NCBI RefSeq assembly: GCF_004010195.1
Contig: NC_057728.1
Location: 45,902,229 to 45,966,228 of the forward strand
DNA from: Chiloscyllium plagiosum
Lineage: Eukaryota
Length of the DNA: 64,000 nucleotides
Reading direction: 5' to 3'
This document shows, piece after piece, positions 38,190 to 49,782 of this stretch. The position numbers and the translations under genes are program-made. Below the pieces are notes generated by a model. It did not search any database. It had not been told where the DNA came from and worked only from the letters and a program-made list of their open reading frames with translations. Within the stretch, counting starts at the first letter, position 1. The number at the start of each line of letters is the position of its first letter.

Positions 38190-39086
38190 AAGTAGCTCAG
38201 TAACATCATCTCAGTCTGACATCCCGAGGAGTAGCCAATCCTTTTATGCTATACTGTATGACACGAAACCCACAGACAGCATGGCTTCCCAGACATTCCT
38301 GTCTCTATCACAGAGGTCTTAGATGACAGCACATGGGAAAGGTTGGACCAACAATTATCTCTGGATGAGCTGACCAAGGTCCTTGGGTCCTTAGAAAAGA
38401 ATAAAACTCCTGGAAGTGACAGCTTACTGGCTGAGTTGAATTCAGTTTTTGTGGCACTTGTTTGGCCAGGACCTGCTGGACATGAATGACAGTATGCTTC
38501 TGGCAGGAAGCATGTATGTATCCATGAGGAAAGGTCTCATCATACTCATCCTCAAGTGGAAGGGGGAGAGGGAGGTAATGAGAAATTGGCAACCACTTTC
38601 ACAGTTGAATGATGTCTAAGGTCATTACCACTTGGGTCAGGTCTGCTCTGGGATTGATGATTTACCCTGACCAAATCTGTGCTCTACTGGGCTGGAAGAT
38701 CTTGAGAGCCTCACATTCCTCAAAGACACGATCGCCCAAATGCAGAAGAGTGGGGTGGGCACCTGTCTCATCAGCCTGGATTGGGAGATGGCCTTTGAAA
38801 GGATATCACACACCTATATGAGGGACATGCTCTCTAATGTGGACTTCAGGGAAGGAATTTGCAATTGGATCCAACTGCTCTATCCCAACATCGTTAGTGC
38901 AGTCTCAAACAATGGTTGGGAATCAGAAATCGTCCCGATCAGATCCATAAGGCAGGGCTGCCTTCTCTCTCCTGCCTTGTTTATGTGTTGTATAGAGGTT
39001 ATTTTGCAGAGTCCATCAGGAAGGATGTGAGTCTAAGAGGGTGCTAGTAGTGGTTAAAGCCTCTCTGTACATCGATGATGTTGCCG
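38190..39086 (+). mobile_element. Tx1/L1-clade RT fragment
   Basis: KTPGSD, NWQPLS, SLDWEMAFERISH, IRQGCLLSP and SLYIDDVAV; ends at the right-arm junction. Confidence 0.8.
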
Positions 39087-42000
39087 TTTCCTAGGATGGG
39101 AGAATTCAAAACTAGGGGGCATATTTTTAAGGTGAGAGGAGGAAGTTTTGAAAAGGACATGAGGGGAGACGTTTTTTACACAGAGAGTGCTTTGTGTGTG
39201 GAATGAACTTCCAGAGGAAATGGCAGATGCCACTACAGTCACAATGTTGAAAAGACATTTGGATAAGTACATGAACAGGAGAAGGTTGGAAGGATATAGA
39301 CCAAATGCAGGGAAGTGGGACTCATTTTTTGAGAATATGGTTAGTATGGACAAGTTGGACCAAAAGGTGTGTTCCATGCTGTATGACTCTAAGACTATAA
39401 CTCTAGTCCCTAGCTACGTTCCATCTAAACACCCTATAAGGAAACAATACTCTGTTCCCAGTGTCCATTTTAGAACCACTTATACCATTGTCCAGTAAGG
39501 TCACATCACATACAGGCAATCAATTGGACAAATACAAACACTACCATGAGCTTTTAGAAATCACAAAAGGAAACAGAGAGAAAGCTAACAGAGACTGAAC
39601 ATTGTCCCCACAGTGCTGACCTGATTTCAGCATAATGCCCCAAAGATGTTACAGTCAACCATGGTCTGCTGCACTCAGTTCTGCTCTATTAGGAGCAGAT
39701 GTCAATCCAATCCTGCCTGGTTTGTAGTGCCCTTCGCAGCTGAGCTCTTTGATGGACAATGTCAGCACCTCCACCTCAATGTCTTTGTCCTTCTCCTACT
39801 TCTCTGACAGCTGCTCCCATGCCCCAGTCAGAAAGCAGAATCATATCAGAAAAATACAAGCCAACTTTGGCATATACATGTAAGTGGAAGTGAAAGTTAA
39901 CTCTATTTACATTTATTAATAATAAACACGTGTTTCTGTTACGCGATTTGTAATGGTAAATCCAAATTTATCGCCTGCTTACTGTTTATGTGTGAGCTAC
40001 TTAAACTGAATAATTTCAGATTCTTGAAAGACTTTTTAATCCGTTGTTAATCTGGATTCATACTTAACTTTTCTATATCATCGTGTGTAGCGTGGTGGTT
40101 AAAATTTTTACAATTATTAACTTCACAACTTACAAAAACTAAATTACTATTAATAAGAAATGGTATAAATTTCAAGGAATGATCCATTTTGTTTCCAAAA
40201 AGTTTAACAGCACAACTGACCTACTGATGCCTGGAAACAAAATAAGTGCTGTAGCATTTCTTAATCAAGAATTCAATGCTACTTCTTTCTTTACAGACTT
40301 GTGTGACTAGCTTTTACAACAGTTCTAGAAATATATATCATAAATTTGAGAATGTTCATAAATGTGAAATGGAGACTCGGAAGTTTTATAAAATGCCTAC
40401 ACTTTGATCTAAGCTGTTTTTTTGCCACTTGAAGTTCTTGATTATGTTACAGTGAAGTGAAATTCTCTGGAGAATCTGCTATTCTAAGTAAAATAATACA
40501 TGAAATCCACTTGTGTGTGTCTGCAAAACAGAAAGCTACCTTTAATGGGACTGGGTGATATTGTCACTTGGCATATGTTATAGTGAATGACAGTCACCAA
40601 CACAATTAAAGGGAAATTGCTCTGTTGCCACTAGGTGTCAGCTATGATGGCGTGTCTGAGGTATAGCTCTCAGAAAGACTATAACTGCTATATAAAACAA
40701 ATGAAGTTAGGCAATCGAGAAATAAATTCAACAGCTCATTCCAGGACAAAAGCTGCAATTCTGAAATTAGATTGGTTTTCTAAAAGGGATAAACACTGAG
40801 GGATAAGAGTTCATTGTAAAATAAAATAAATTGTTAGTTTCAATAGCCAGGCAGTTCCAGGGAGCGAGAGATATACAGAATCAACTGCTTCAATACCTCC
40901 TTTTCAGAAGACAACTAATCAACTGAAGTGAATCCTGTTTACTTTACATAACTTGTGACCTAATGGGAGTACATTTCAGTTGACTTCATTTCATGCATCT
41001 GAAGTAACACAGGAGAATGAACATTGCAAAGCCTTGAGAGGGAGAAGAAAAATGTCTTTTGCACAGTTAATGTTTCAAGAGCTACGTTGCTTTTTTACTT
41101 AACATAAGAGAGATGAATATTGGCGGACTCCATAGAAATTCAGCTCTCATGCATTTGTTATAATTTATTGGAAATGGGGAGATATTGGAAATGGGGCAGC
41201 ACAGTGGCTCAGTGGTTAGCGCTGTAGCCTCACAGCACCAGGATCCCAGGTTTGATTCCAGCCTCAGGTGACTGTCTATGTGGAGTTTGCACATTCTCAC
41301 GTGTTCAGTGTGTGTTTCCTCTGCTTTCCTCCCACAAGTGAATTTGCCATGATGAATTGCCCCACAGTGTTAGGTGCATTAGTCAGAGGGAACTGGGTCT
41401 GGGTGGGTTGCTCTTTGGAGGGTTGGTGTGGACTGGTTGGGCCGAAGGGCCTGTTTCCATACTGTAGGGAATCTAGTCTAATCTCTTCAGGGTATAATTT
41501 GCAAGGACCATCTTTATTAGCAGGGGCTTAGTCACAAAATTGATTCTGTACCTGATTTTTGCAAGGCATGAGCTGGTCAGTCATGTGATTATACTAACAA
41601 CATTTATAGCCTCCTTTGAATGGTAGATGCAATAGTAAAGTTTGAAGATTTGGATGCTTTAAATCTGAGCAAGCCATTGTCCACAATGCACCCAACCTAC
41701 TTAAGGTAGATGCAATCGTGCCTCGGTGGTTTACAGATGATTCAGATTTTGAAGTTATTCATGAAATGTTCTTTCTTTATGGTTTTGTGTTCACTATGCT
41801 GTGTTTCTACCACGCATTAATTGGTTTTATTCAGCCAGGCCCCCACCTTTGCATTTCCTAATGAGACAAATACATTTCTTCTTTAATTCTTTGGTTTTGC
41901 TGTCAAACCAGTGAAGAGATGGTGATGCATATCCACTGGGGATCTGAACATGCTGTGTAATTGAGATGTGGTAGATGGAAGTAGTACATGAAGGGTCAGC

Positions 42001-42138
42001 AAACCCAACACAGTCAGATCCGGTGCACAATTTTCTCCTTGTCCGTCACTCGCCAAGACACACTCGACGTGCCAGAGGAGCTCTCATCTCTGCCAACTTC
42101 ACTTCACAAGACAGGCGGCTACAGAGTTAGACCATCTG
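39087..42138 (-). repeat. right arm of 3.05-kb inverted duplication
   Basis: Reverse complement of 33091-36143; I spotted 5 substitutions and one homopolymer indel. Confidence 0.97.
41194..41482 (+). mobile_element. HE1-like SINE (duplicate in right arm)
   Basis: Mirror of 33747-34035. Confidence 0.88.
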
Positions 42139-42729
42139 CTGTGCAAGGGTCTGTGCACAACATCTGGATTGTGCACAGCTGTTCGCTATAAAAGTGAATG
42201 TCATCACAGCGTCAAACTTCCATGCTGATTTTGTTGCAAGTCACTGAGGAGACATTCAGCACATCAGGAAGTCTGTAGTGCATGCACGTGTGAGAGAAAT
42301 GACAGCTGCTCTCTTGGTAAGGAGAAGCATCAAACTCATTGTCGGTGGAAAATAGGCACCAGTTGAAGAGAACATATGCCTTCCAATGGACACAAGGGTC
42401 CTACAATGGCAAAGAATTGCATTTGATAAAAACATGAAAACTCTGAGATATTCTGACTGGTCCTATTTTTTTTCTGAAGAGGAAGTGTTTTCAAATAATT
42501 AATTATCAGGTTGTGGTATACCACACAAAAGTCATCCTGCAGCAACCATTGTTCAATAACTAATCTTCATTCATGCTGTTTGAAGCAGACTGAATATTGG
42601 ATGGAAGACCCTTCCTTGTCCTCAACTACATGCTACCACATGGTGACATTCTCTGAAGGGACAACATCACCCAGCTGTACCTCATCATCCCACTTTCTGT
42701 GCCTCCAATATGCTAAATTATATTAAACT

Positions 42730-43265
42730 GTTCATCTGACATCCAGCAACAGAGGAGCAGAAATTCTCTTTATTTAAGTATTAGGAAGACTGTGGCTTTT
42801 AGTTCCCACTCCAATTTCTGTTCCCCTAACTGACTAATTCCCTGTCCCCTAATAACAATCTGCAATTACGTTAGTTTGTGTACAATCTTAGTGTCAAATT
42901 TTATCCCAAGGTGAGCATTAGATCTCATATTTGATACAATTTTCTATTTCCACCAGTGTGATATTACCAACTTCACCCCCATCCCAGCTCGTTCATGCTT
43001 TCAGTTACTCTGAACTCAACTATTCTGATGTAATTCTGGCTAGTCTCTCACTTTCTACTCTTTGCAAACTTAACGTTGTCTTAAACTTATGTCTTAACTT
43101 GCAGCGAGACCTATGGACATTTCACATGTTCATTGATTCACATTGGCTCCGGGTCAAAGAACAGTTTGATTTTAAAATTCTTATCCTCGTTTCTAAATCC
43201 CTCCATGGCTTTATCCCTCCTTATCTATCTAATTTTCTCCAATCCCACAACCCTTTGAGACATCC
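42730..43265 (+). mobile_element. ancient L2 LINE fragment
   Basis: LVHAF...NYSDVILASL...HWLRVKEQFDFKIL...KSLHG. Confidence 0.75.
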
Positions 43266-43999
43266 ATGTTATGACCAGGTAAAGATGGCTGAAGCAGCTC
43301 ACAGCTTTATAAACCCCTTACTTGGCTGCAACACATTACATTTCTTTTCAACATGCAGCTATATTACATTACAATAAAAATGTAGTATTTGTCAAAATCA
43401 AGGCCAAGTAAAAGGTTTTCTTGACTGAAAGAAAGAGTGTTTTTAATCAGAACTCCCTACATTCAGATGTGGTCCTTGTAGATTGGAAGATAGCAAGTGT
43501 AACTCATTGAATGGAAGTTGTGATTTGATCCATGCAGTCAGGACCTGTGCTTCCAACAGAAAATGGACTTTAGCCACAAAAGTGCCACTATTTTGGTGCA
43601 ACTGGGGCTCCATGACTTGAACATTATCATAAATTCTTGCCTATGCAAACACTGAAGGGGCTCATTACGGATACTGATCCCGATTAGCAGGCCCTTTACT
43701 TCTTCTGGATGGGTCTGTGATTCACAAAGAGTCTTGGCTTTAAATGTTTTTGTTTTAAAAATTCAGAATGTAAATGACCCTTGTTTCCATATGCTCCTGC
43801 TTTAACTGGTGTTGTCCAAGTTTAACAATATCATTCCTATAGAAGGGTGACCAGAATTGAATACAGTATTCAAAAAGTTGCCTCACCGATATTCTGTACA
43901 GGTATTTCTTCTATAACGGGATGGTTGTGTTCTTGTGCAATCTCTCATTATTTAAAAAAAATCGTGCTTTAGAAACAGCGCTTCAAGTGTTGGCAATGT

Positions 44000-44131
44000 G
44001 AGTAGCTACCTGAGAAGGAGCAATGCTCTGAAAAGCTTGAACTTACAAAAAAACCTGTGGGACTATAATCTGTTGTCGTGAGATTTTTTAAGTTTGTCCA
44101 CCCCAGTCCAAAACTGACACCTCCACATCAT
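44000..44131 (+). mobile_element. Penelope-type pseudo-LTR fragment (second family), decayed hammerhead
   Basis: Homologous to 58045-58169. Confidence 0.7.
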
Positions 44132-45952
44132 GGCTGACCAATGAAGGCAAGCATGCCCAGTGCCTTCTTCACCACCCTCTAAATCTGCACTCAGCAGAAG
44201 AAATAGTTTGTCTCCATCAACCCAGTCAAATTCCTCTGAGTTCTCATGAAGAATCGTTGACCTGAAACATTGGCACTGTGTCTCTTGCACAGCCACAGTC
44301 TGACCTGTTGCAATATTTCCAACATTTACTGGTTTATTTCAGCATCTGTAGAATTTTGAATTTCCCATTATCTTTCACTTTGTATTCAGCATTAGTATTA
44401 ATACATGCTCATATAATAGGTCCAACCTTTCTGATGTTTGAAATTAATTGCATAGAAGATGCCACAGTCATTTCAAGGCTATAAAGTTATGTAGACTTAC
44501 CTCATTATATTACCAAACTGGAAACGTCTTTTGAATTTTAAAGCAACAAATATCCATGTTCCATGAAAAATTAATATATAACTCTAGACGTAGGGGCACA
44601 GGAATAAGGTTCTTTGGACACTGAGTCCTGTTAACCGTCACACTTTTAGGGTCACGTACCTGCATTTCTTTGTGAAGTTTACATCCTTAAATAATCTCAT
44701 ACTTAAAATCAACAGGTAATGATATTCTGGAATTCCTACATTTGGAATTGATGTTGATTAATTCAAACATATTTTGTTATAAATACATGCAGATGTCTTC
44801 TCCCCTGAGATAACTTTGCTTGATTGAAAACTCTTAAGAGGGAGGGCACTTCATTGAAATACTTCACCTAAATCTAAAAACTTTTATGACATTCTTCGTG
44901 GATCTGAGGTTTTAGGTTGGAAGTTATCAAAAAGTAAGAAAATCAAACTATCGGCAATCTTTTTTAGTGATTAACCAGCTTCTTTCCTACCTCTTTGGCT
45001 GCAGGAACACCAGTTATTTCTTCCTTTATAAGCAAAGCAGCTGGGCTGAAGTGTTTTTTTTAATTCTCTAGGGACAATTAACTGATTTATCAACAGACTA
45101 GTTGCATCAGAAATTTCACTCTGCATGGTTTCTCAATAATTTATTTAAACTTGTGTTGGCACAATGAGCGTATGATTTCAGATGCACTCCTGGCAGACAT
45201 TAAGGTTCCCTTATGGGAGCACCAAGCCAAGAAAGTCACCTTAACAAAGCTTAACAAAATAGCTGTAAACTCTGCCAATTTGAATTGCAAGTGTGAATAA
45301 AGCACACAATAGGCTGATGTTAAATTTAATTTCTTTGGACTCAAAGACATTTATTAGCATCCCTTTGAAAATCTGTGGTACCTTTTTGCATCAAAAAAAA
45401 ACAAAATATGATTAGCATTTATTTGTCCTTGTTCGCAGAATGAGCATGATTTTCTTTGATTACAAAGGCTTTTATCTTCCAACCTTCAAATACTTGGCAT
45501 TCAGTTCTTGTGGTGAATTTAAATTAAAGTGTGTATCTTGAAAATAGCAAAGGAAATAGTAGAAAGCAATGATAGGAGGAGTTAAGTAAATTCAGCTCTT
45601 AAATAATTCATAAATTGATTTATATTAAATTTTTAAGAAAAAATTCCAGCATTGTAAATAAGGATTACAATTACTCATTTTTAATAACTCATTACAACTG
45701 CGCTTGACTGGAAGTTTATGTAAAAGAAATATTTTATTAGTTTTTAAATTGTTTTCAAAATGATTAATGACTTAGGTATTGAAACATTGTAGATTATGCT
45801 TGAAGCAAGTGTAATTAATAAAGAAAAAGGCAGAAGAATATTGTTCATGTATTGAGACTGTGTAAAATGAGAATCTATTTTTGGCCATTTTTAAAAAAAA
45901 AATGGGTGAAGTCAATCTTTGGTGGTTGAACTTAAAGGGTGAACCGCAGCTT

Positions 45953-46087
45953 TGAGAGCAAGTGAGGGCTGCAGATGCTGGAGATCAGAGCTGAAAATGT
46001 GTTGCTGGAAAAGCGCAGCAGGTCAGGCAGCATCCAAGGAACAGGAGAATCGACGTTTCGGGCATAAGCCCTTCTTCAGGAATGGCA
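45953..46087 (-). mobile_element. 135-bp Penelope-derived element with an intact minimal hammerhead core
   Basis: Minus strand reads CTGAAGA-A-GGGC-TTAT-GCCC-GAAAC-GTC; perfect 15-bp TSD GGTGAACCGCAGCTT at 45938-45952 and 46088-46102. Confidence 0.88.
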
Positions 46088-46999
46088 GGTGAACCGCAGC
46101 TTATCTTACACCATGTCAGAATTTCTTTTATCTTGATCATGTTGTTGATCAGTTTGTCCTATCGGCAATCACTGTTGCTATGCCATTCCAATACTACCCA
46201 GTTTGTGTGGTGATGCAGTGCAAATTTCTACCGTTCATGATTTAATTGTTGCCAGTCAACTTTCAATGTTTAATGTTTCTGAGGCCATGTGGGCTTAAAC
46301 CCACCACCTTTCCGATGTTCCTGCAACTGAGTTTGCTTATGTATTTCTTCCACAACTCCTTGTGGAACAGCTGACAACTGGTACAGGACAAGTTGCGAGT
46401 TCATCCCACTTGGTCTTAGTGCAATATTAAAAATTCTAAATTACATGCAGTGAAAGTTTGTGTCTTTAAGAGAAACTGGTTCATTCATTATTCATGGAAA
46501 ATTTAATGCGTTACAATCAAAAATTAAATTAAATAAAACATGGTAATGCTAGCTGTTTAATACAAATGATTTTGTATTAAAATGCAACTACAAAATATTC
46601 TGCTGATTTAACAATGGTAAGCTATTCAGGAGCATATCCTTCTACATCAAATGGCACTGAAAGAGCATACATTCTGTTCCTCATTTCTTTCTGTGAAGGT
46701 AAACTCTGTAATATATCACACAAATAGCCAGTAGATTTATTGGCTACTAACATGTTCTTTGGCACCTGCAGCATTGCTGTTCGTCAGAAGCAACACCTCA
46801 TGTTATAAGGCACTGAGGATTTCCAAGCAAAGTGCCTACTGCAGTTTGACCAGGTGCACCTGTCAAGCTCAAAGTCTCTGCAGGTTTTATTTGTTTAGCC
46901 TCATTAAGGTCTAAATCTTAATTTCAATGTGTGAATATTACTGTAATGTGTTAAAAATATGAGTAGCTCTCAAGATAGTCAATAGCAGTAACTTGCAGT

Positions 47000-47580
47000 T
47001 GGCTACGCCTTTAATATGGAAAATATCCCCAAGCACTTCATAGACACGTATCCAAAAAAAGGATTATTGAATTAATGATGGAGAAATGAGGAGGGGAGAA
47101 GTGGCCAGAGTCAGAGGAATGGGCAAGTTGGTGGTTGTAGAGATGCAGAAAACCACAAAAAGTAAGGCGGACTATGTCCATGAAGAGATTGAAGTATGAG
47201 AATGAATTTTAAATTTGTGATTCTGAGGGATTAAAAATAATATAAAATCAGCCAGACATAAAATGGAAAACAAATAGGTCTTGGAGGCACTAAGTCTTGC
47301 AGAAAGACAGTAAGAGACCAGGATGGAAATAATTGTGTCTGAATATAGCAAAGACATAAATGAGAGTTTCTGCAGCAGATGGGCCATGACAGGTGAATGC
47401 TCAGCTGGGGTTCAAATAGAACGGTGAGTTTGTAAATGATTTAGCTCAGCCTGACACTGTGGCCAGGGAGTGGGTTGGAGATGTCATTGGAAAGGATACT
47501 GATGTTGTGGCAAGGGCCAAAGGTAATGCTTTTAGTTTTCCCAATGCTTAGCTGGAAAACATTATGGTTCAATCAAGAAC
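47000..47580 (-). mobile_element. ancient L2-like fragment
   Basis: Weak antisense similarity to the L2 at 42730-43265. Confidence 0.4.
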
Positions 47581-47894
47581 AATGTTGGAAAAGTGGTCAC
47601 ACAGCACCAAGACTGTGAAGGGGCTTATAGAGATAGCAGGAGTTCGAGCTTGTTACCATCAACACTTGTGCAAGTTGAACTTGTTTGATTGTGAGATGGC
47701 TGGAGAAGCAGTGCTGGTTCACAGTTGATGATAAGAAACCATTCAATGGCTTCAGTTGGTATTGTGTGAATAATTGTGTTGCCATGTGAATGAAGGGATC
47801 TTTCAGGTCAGGAATTCAACATGTGGATAATGGTCTAATCTGGATAGCCACAGTCAGAACTTGAGCTGGTCCTCATGTTTCATTTGGGGATTTG

Positions 47895-48340
47895 AACATA
47901 GAACAGTACAGCACAGGAACGAGCCCTTCAACCCATGATGTTGTGCTGAACATGACATCAAATTAAACTAATCCTTTCTGCCTTCCCTTGGTCCATATCC
48001 CCCCATTACTTGAATATTCATATGCTTATCTAAAAGTTCTTTAAATGACCCTATCATATTTGCCTCAACCCACCATCCCTGGCAGCATGTTCCAGACTCA
48101 TACCACTCTGTGTAAAGACCTTGCCCCTTGTATCTCCTTTGAACTTTCCCCCTCTCACCTTCAATGCATACCCCCTCATTTTAGACATTTCAACTCTGGG
48201 AAAATGATTCTGACTGTCAACCCTATCTACGCACCTCACTTTTATAGACTTCTATCAAGTCACCCCTTAGCCTCCTCTGCTCCAGGATAAACAACCTGAG
48301 CTTTACTCGCCTCTCCTTACAGCTCATACCTTCTAATCCC
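47895..48340 (-). mobile_element. CR1 3' fragment
   Basis: (aacatag) tail; VDSQNHFPRVE...KVRGGKFKGD. Confidence 0.85.
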
Positions 48341-48850
48341 TCTATTGAGTGTCCTCATCTTCCCTGGCCCACCCTCAAGTGGCTGAGGGTTATCCAGATT
48401 CTCTTTTGAAATTTGGAACCTGAAACTTCATTACCTGGATTAGTTGCTAGGTCACAGCTGGTGATGTTTACAATCATTCTCAAGGAGCATCATACAGAGT
48501 TGCGTGCATTGAGCTTTGTAAACTCCTGCAAGCAGACCTGTAGCTCAAAGATACATGAGAGGTCTGTGTTGTTATAGGTTAGTTAGACTGCTCAAAACTG
48601 ACTGCATAAATATAGCCTAAGAGGTACCAATGCCTAATTACATCCTTTTGCAAACGTTAATATACCTGATTTAATATGTGTGGCTACAAACCACCTGAAC
48701 TGGATCACAGACTGCTCTTTGAAGTACTCACCACTGCAGAGATATCCTGGGATTCATGGTGCCATGTCATATTTAAAAGACCATTGCACATTTGGTCAAG
48801 CTCTGCTAGTCTGGAGCTGCCCTGCATTGTTCGTGACATTTGTCTTGGAC

Positions 48851-49062
48851 ATGGCAAATAAGGGGAAATTGCCACCCACTTCACGTTTTAGGACTTGGAG
48901 ATCCTGGTGGATGGAGTGGTGCAGAGGAGGACCATCTGTAAGCCAAGGTATAAGATTGTGCCAACCTGGTTTGAGATTGCTATCTGGATCAGTGAGTCTC
49001 CAAGGTTCAGGGAAATGACCAGCAGTGTCAAACGAAGCCCAATGACCTTCTCTGTTCACTAA
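48851..49062 (+). mobile_element. Myb/SANT-like (trihelix) ORF remnant, probably from a Harbinger transposon
   Basis: Frameshifted translation HFTF*DLEILVDGVVQRRTI...TWFEIAIWIS...QQCQTKPNDLL follows the F-x-x-x-E/DL...W-x-x-IA...QC-x-x-K-x-x-DL pattern. Confidence 0.5.
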
Positions 49063-49139
49063 GGTGCATGTCACCATCTTTTCTCTGTTACCTCACAAAC
49101 TCTCTCTCTTCTACTGCACCCACTTCCCACCAAGGTTCA

Positions 49140-49782
49140 TGTGTGAAGAAGGCATTTGGTACGTTTGCCTTTATTGGTCAGTGCATTGAGTATAGGAGTT
49201 AGGAGGTCATGTTGTGGCTGTATAGAATATTAGTTAGGGCACTTTTGGAACACTGCACACAATTCTGGTCTTCCTGCAATAGGAAAAATTTTGTTTATCT
49301 TGAAAGGGTTCAGAAAAGATTTGCAAGGATGTTGCCAGGGTTGGAGCTACATGGAGAGGCTAAACAGGCTGGTGATATTTTCCTTGGAGTGTCATAGGCT
49401 GAGGGGTGACCTCATAGAAGTTGATAAAATCATGAGGGACATGGAAAGAGTGAATAGTCAAGGTCTTTTCCCTGGGGTAGGGGAGACCAAAACTAGAGGG
49501 CATAGGTTTAAGGTGAGAGGGGGAAGATTTAAAAGGTTCTTAATGGGCAAATTTATCATGCAGAGGGTGGTGTATGTATGGAATCAGCTGCCAGAGAAAA
49601 AGTGTTGGAGGCTAGTACGATTACAATATTTAAAAGACATCTGGATTGGTATATAAATAACCAAGGTTTAGAGGGATATAGGCCAAATGCTAGTAAATGG
49701 GACTAGATTAATTTAGAATATCTGGTGGGCATGGATGAGTTGGATCAAAGATTCTGTTTCTGTGCTGGACATTTCTATGGCT
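49140..49782 (+). mobile_element. CR1 3' fragment
   Basis: LYRILVRALLEHCTQFWS and RGDLIEV motifs. Confidence 0.87.

Noticed and set aside
33091..42138. Giant TIR/foldback transposon
   Set aside because: No TSD and no transposase. The arms contain ordinary SINE/CR1-bearing genomic DNA, and one CR1 runs across an arm boundary.
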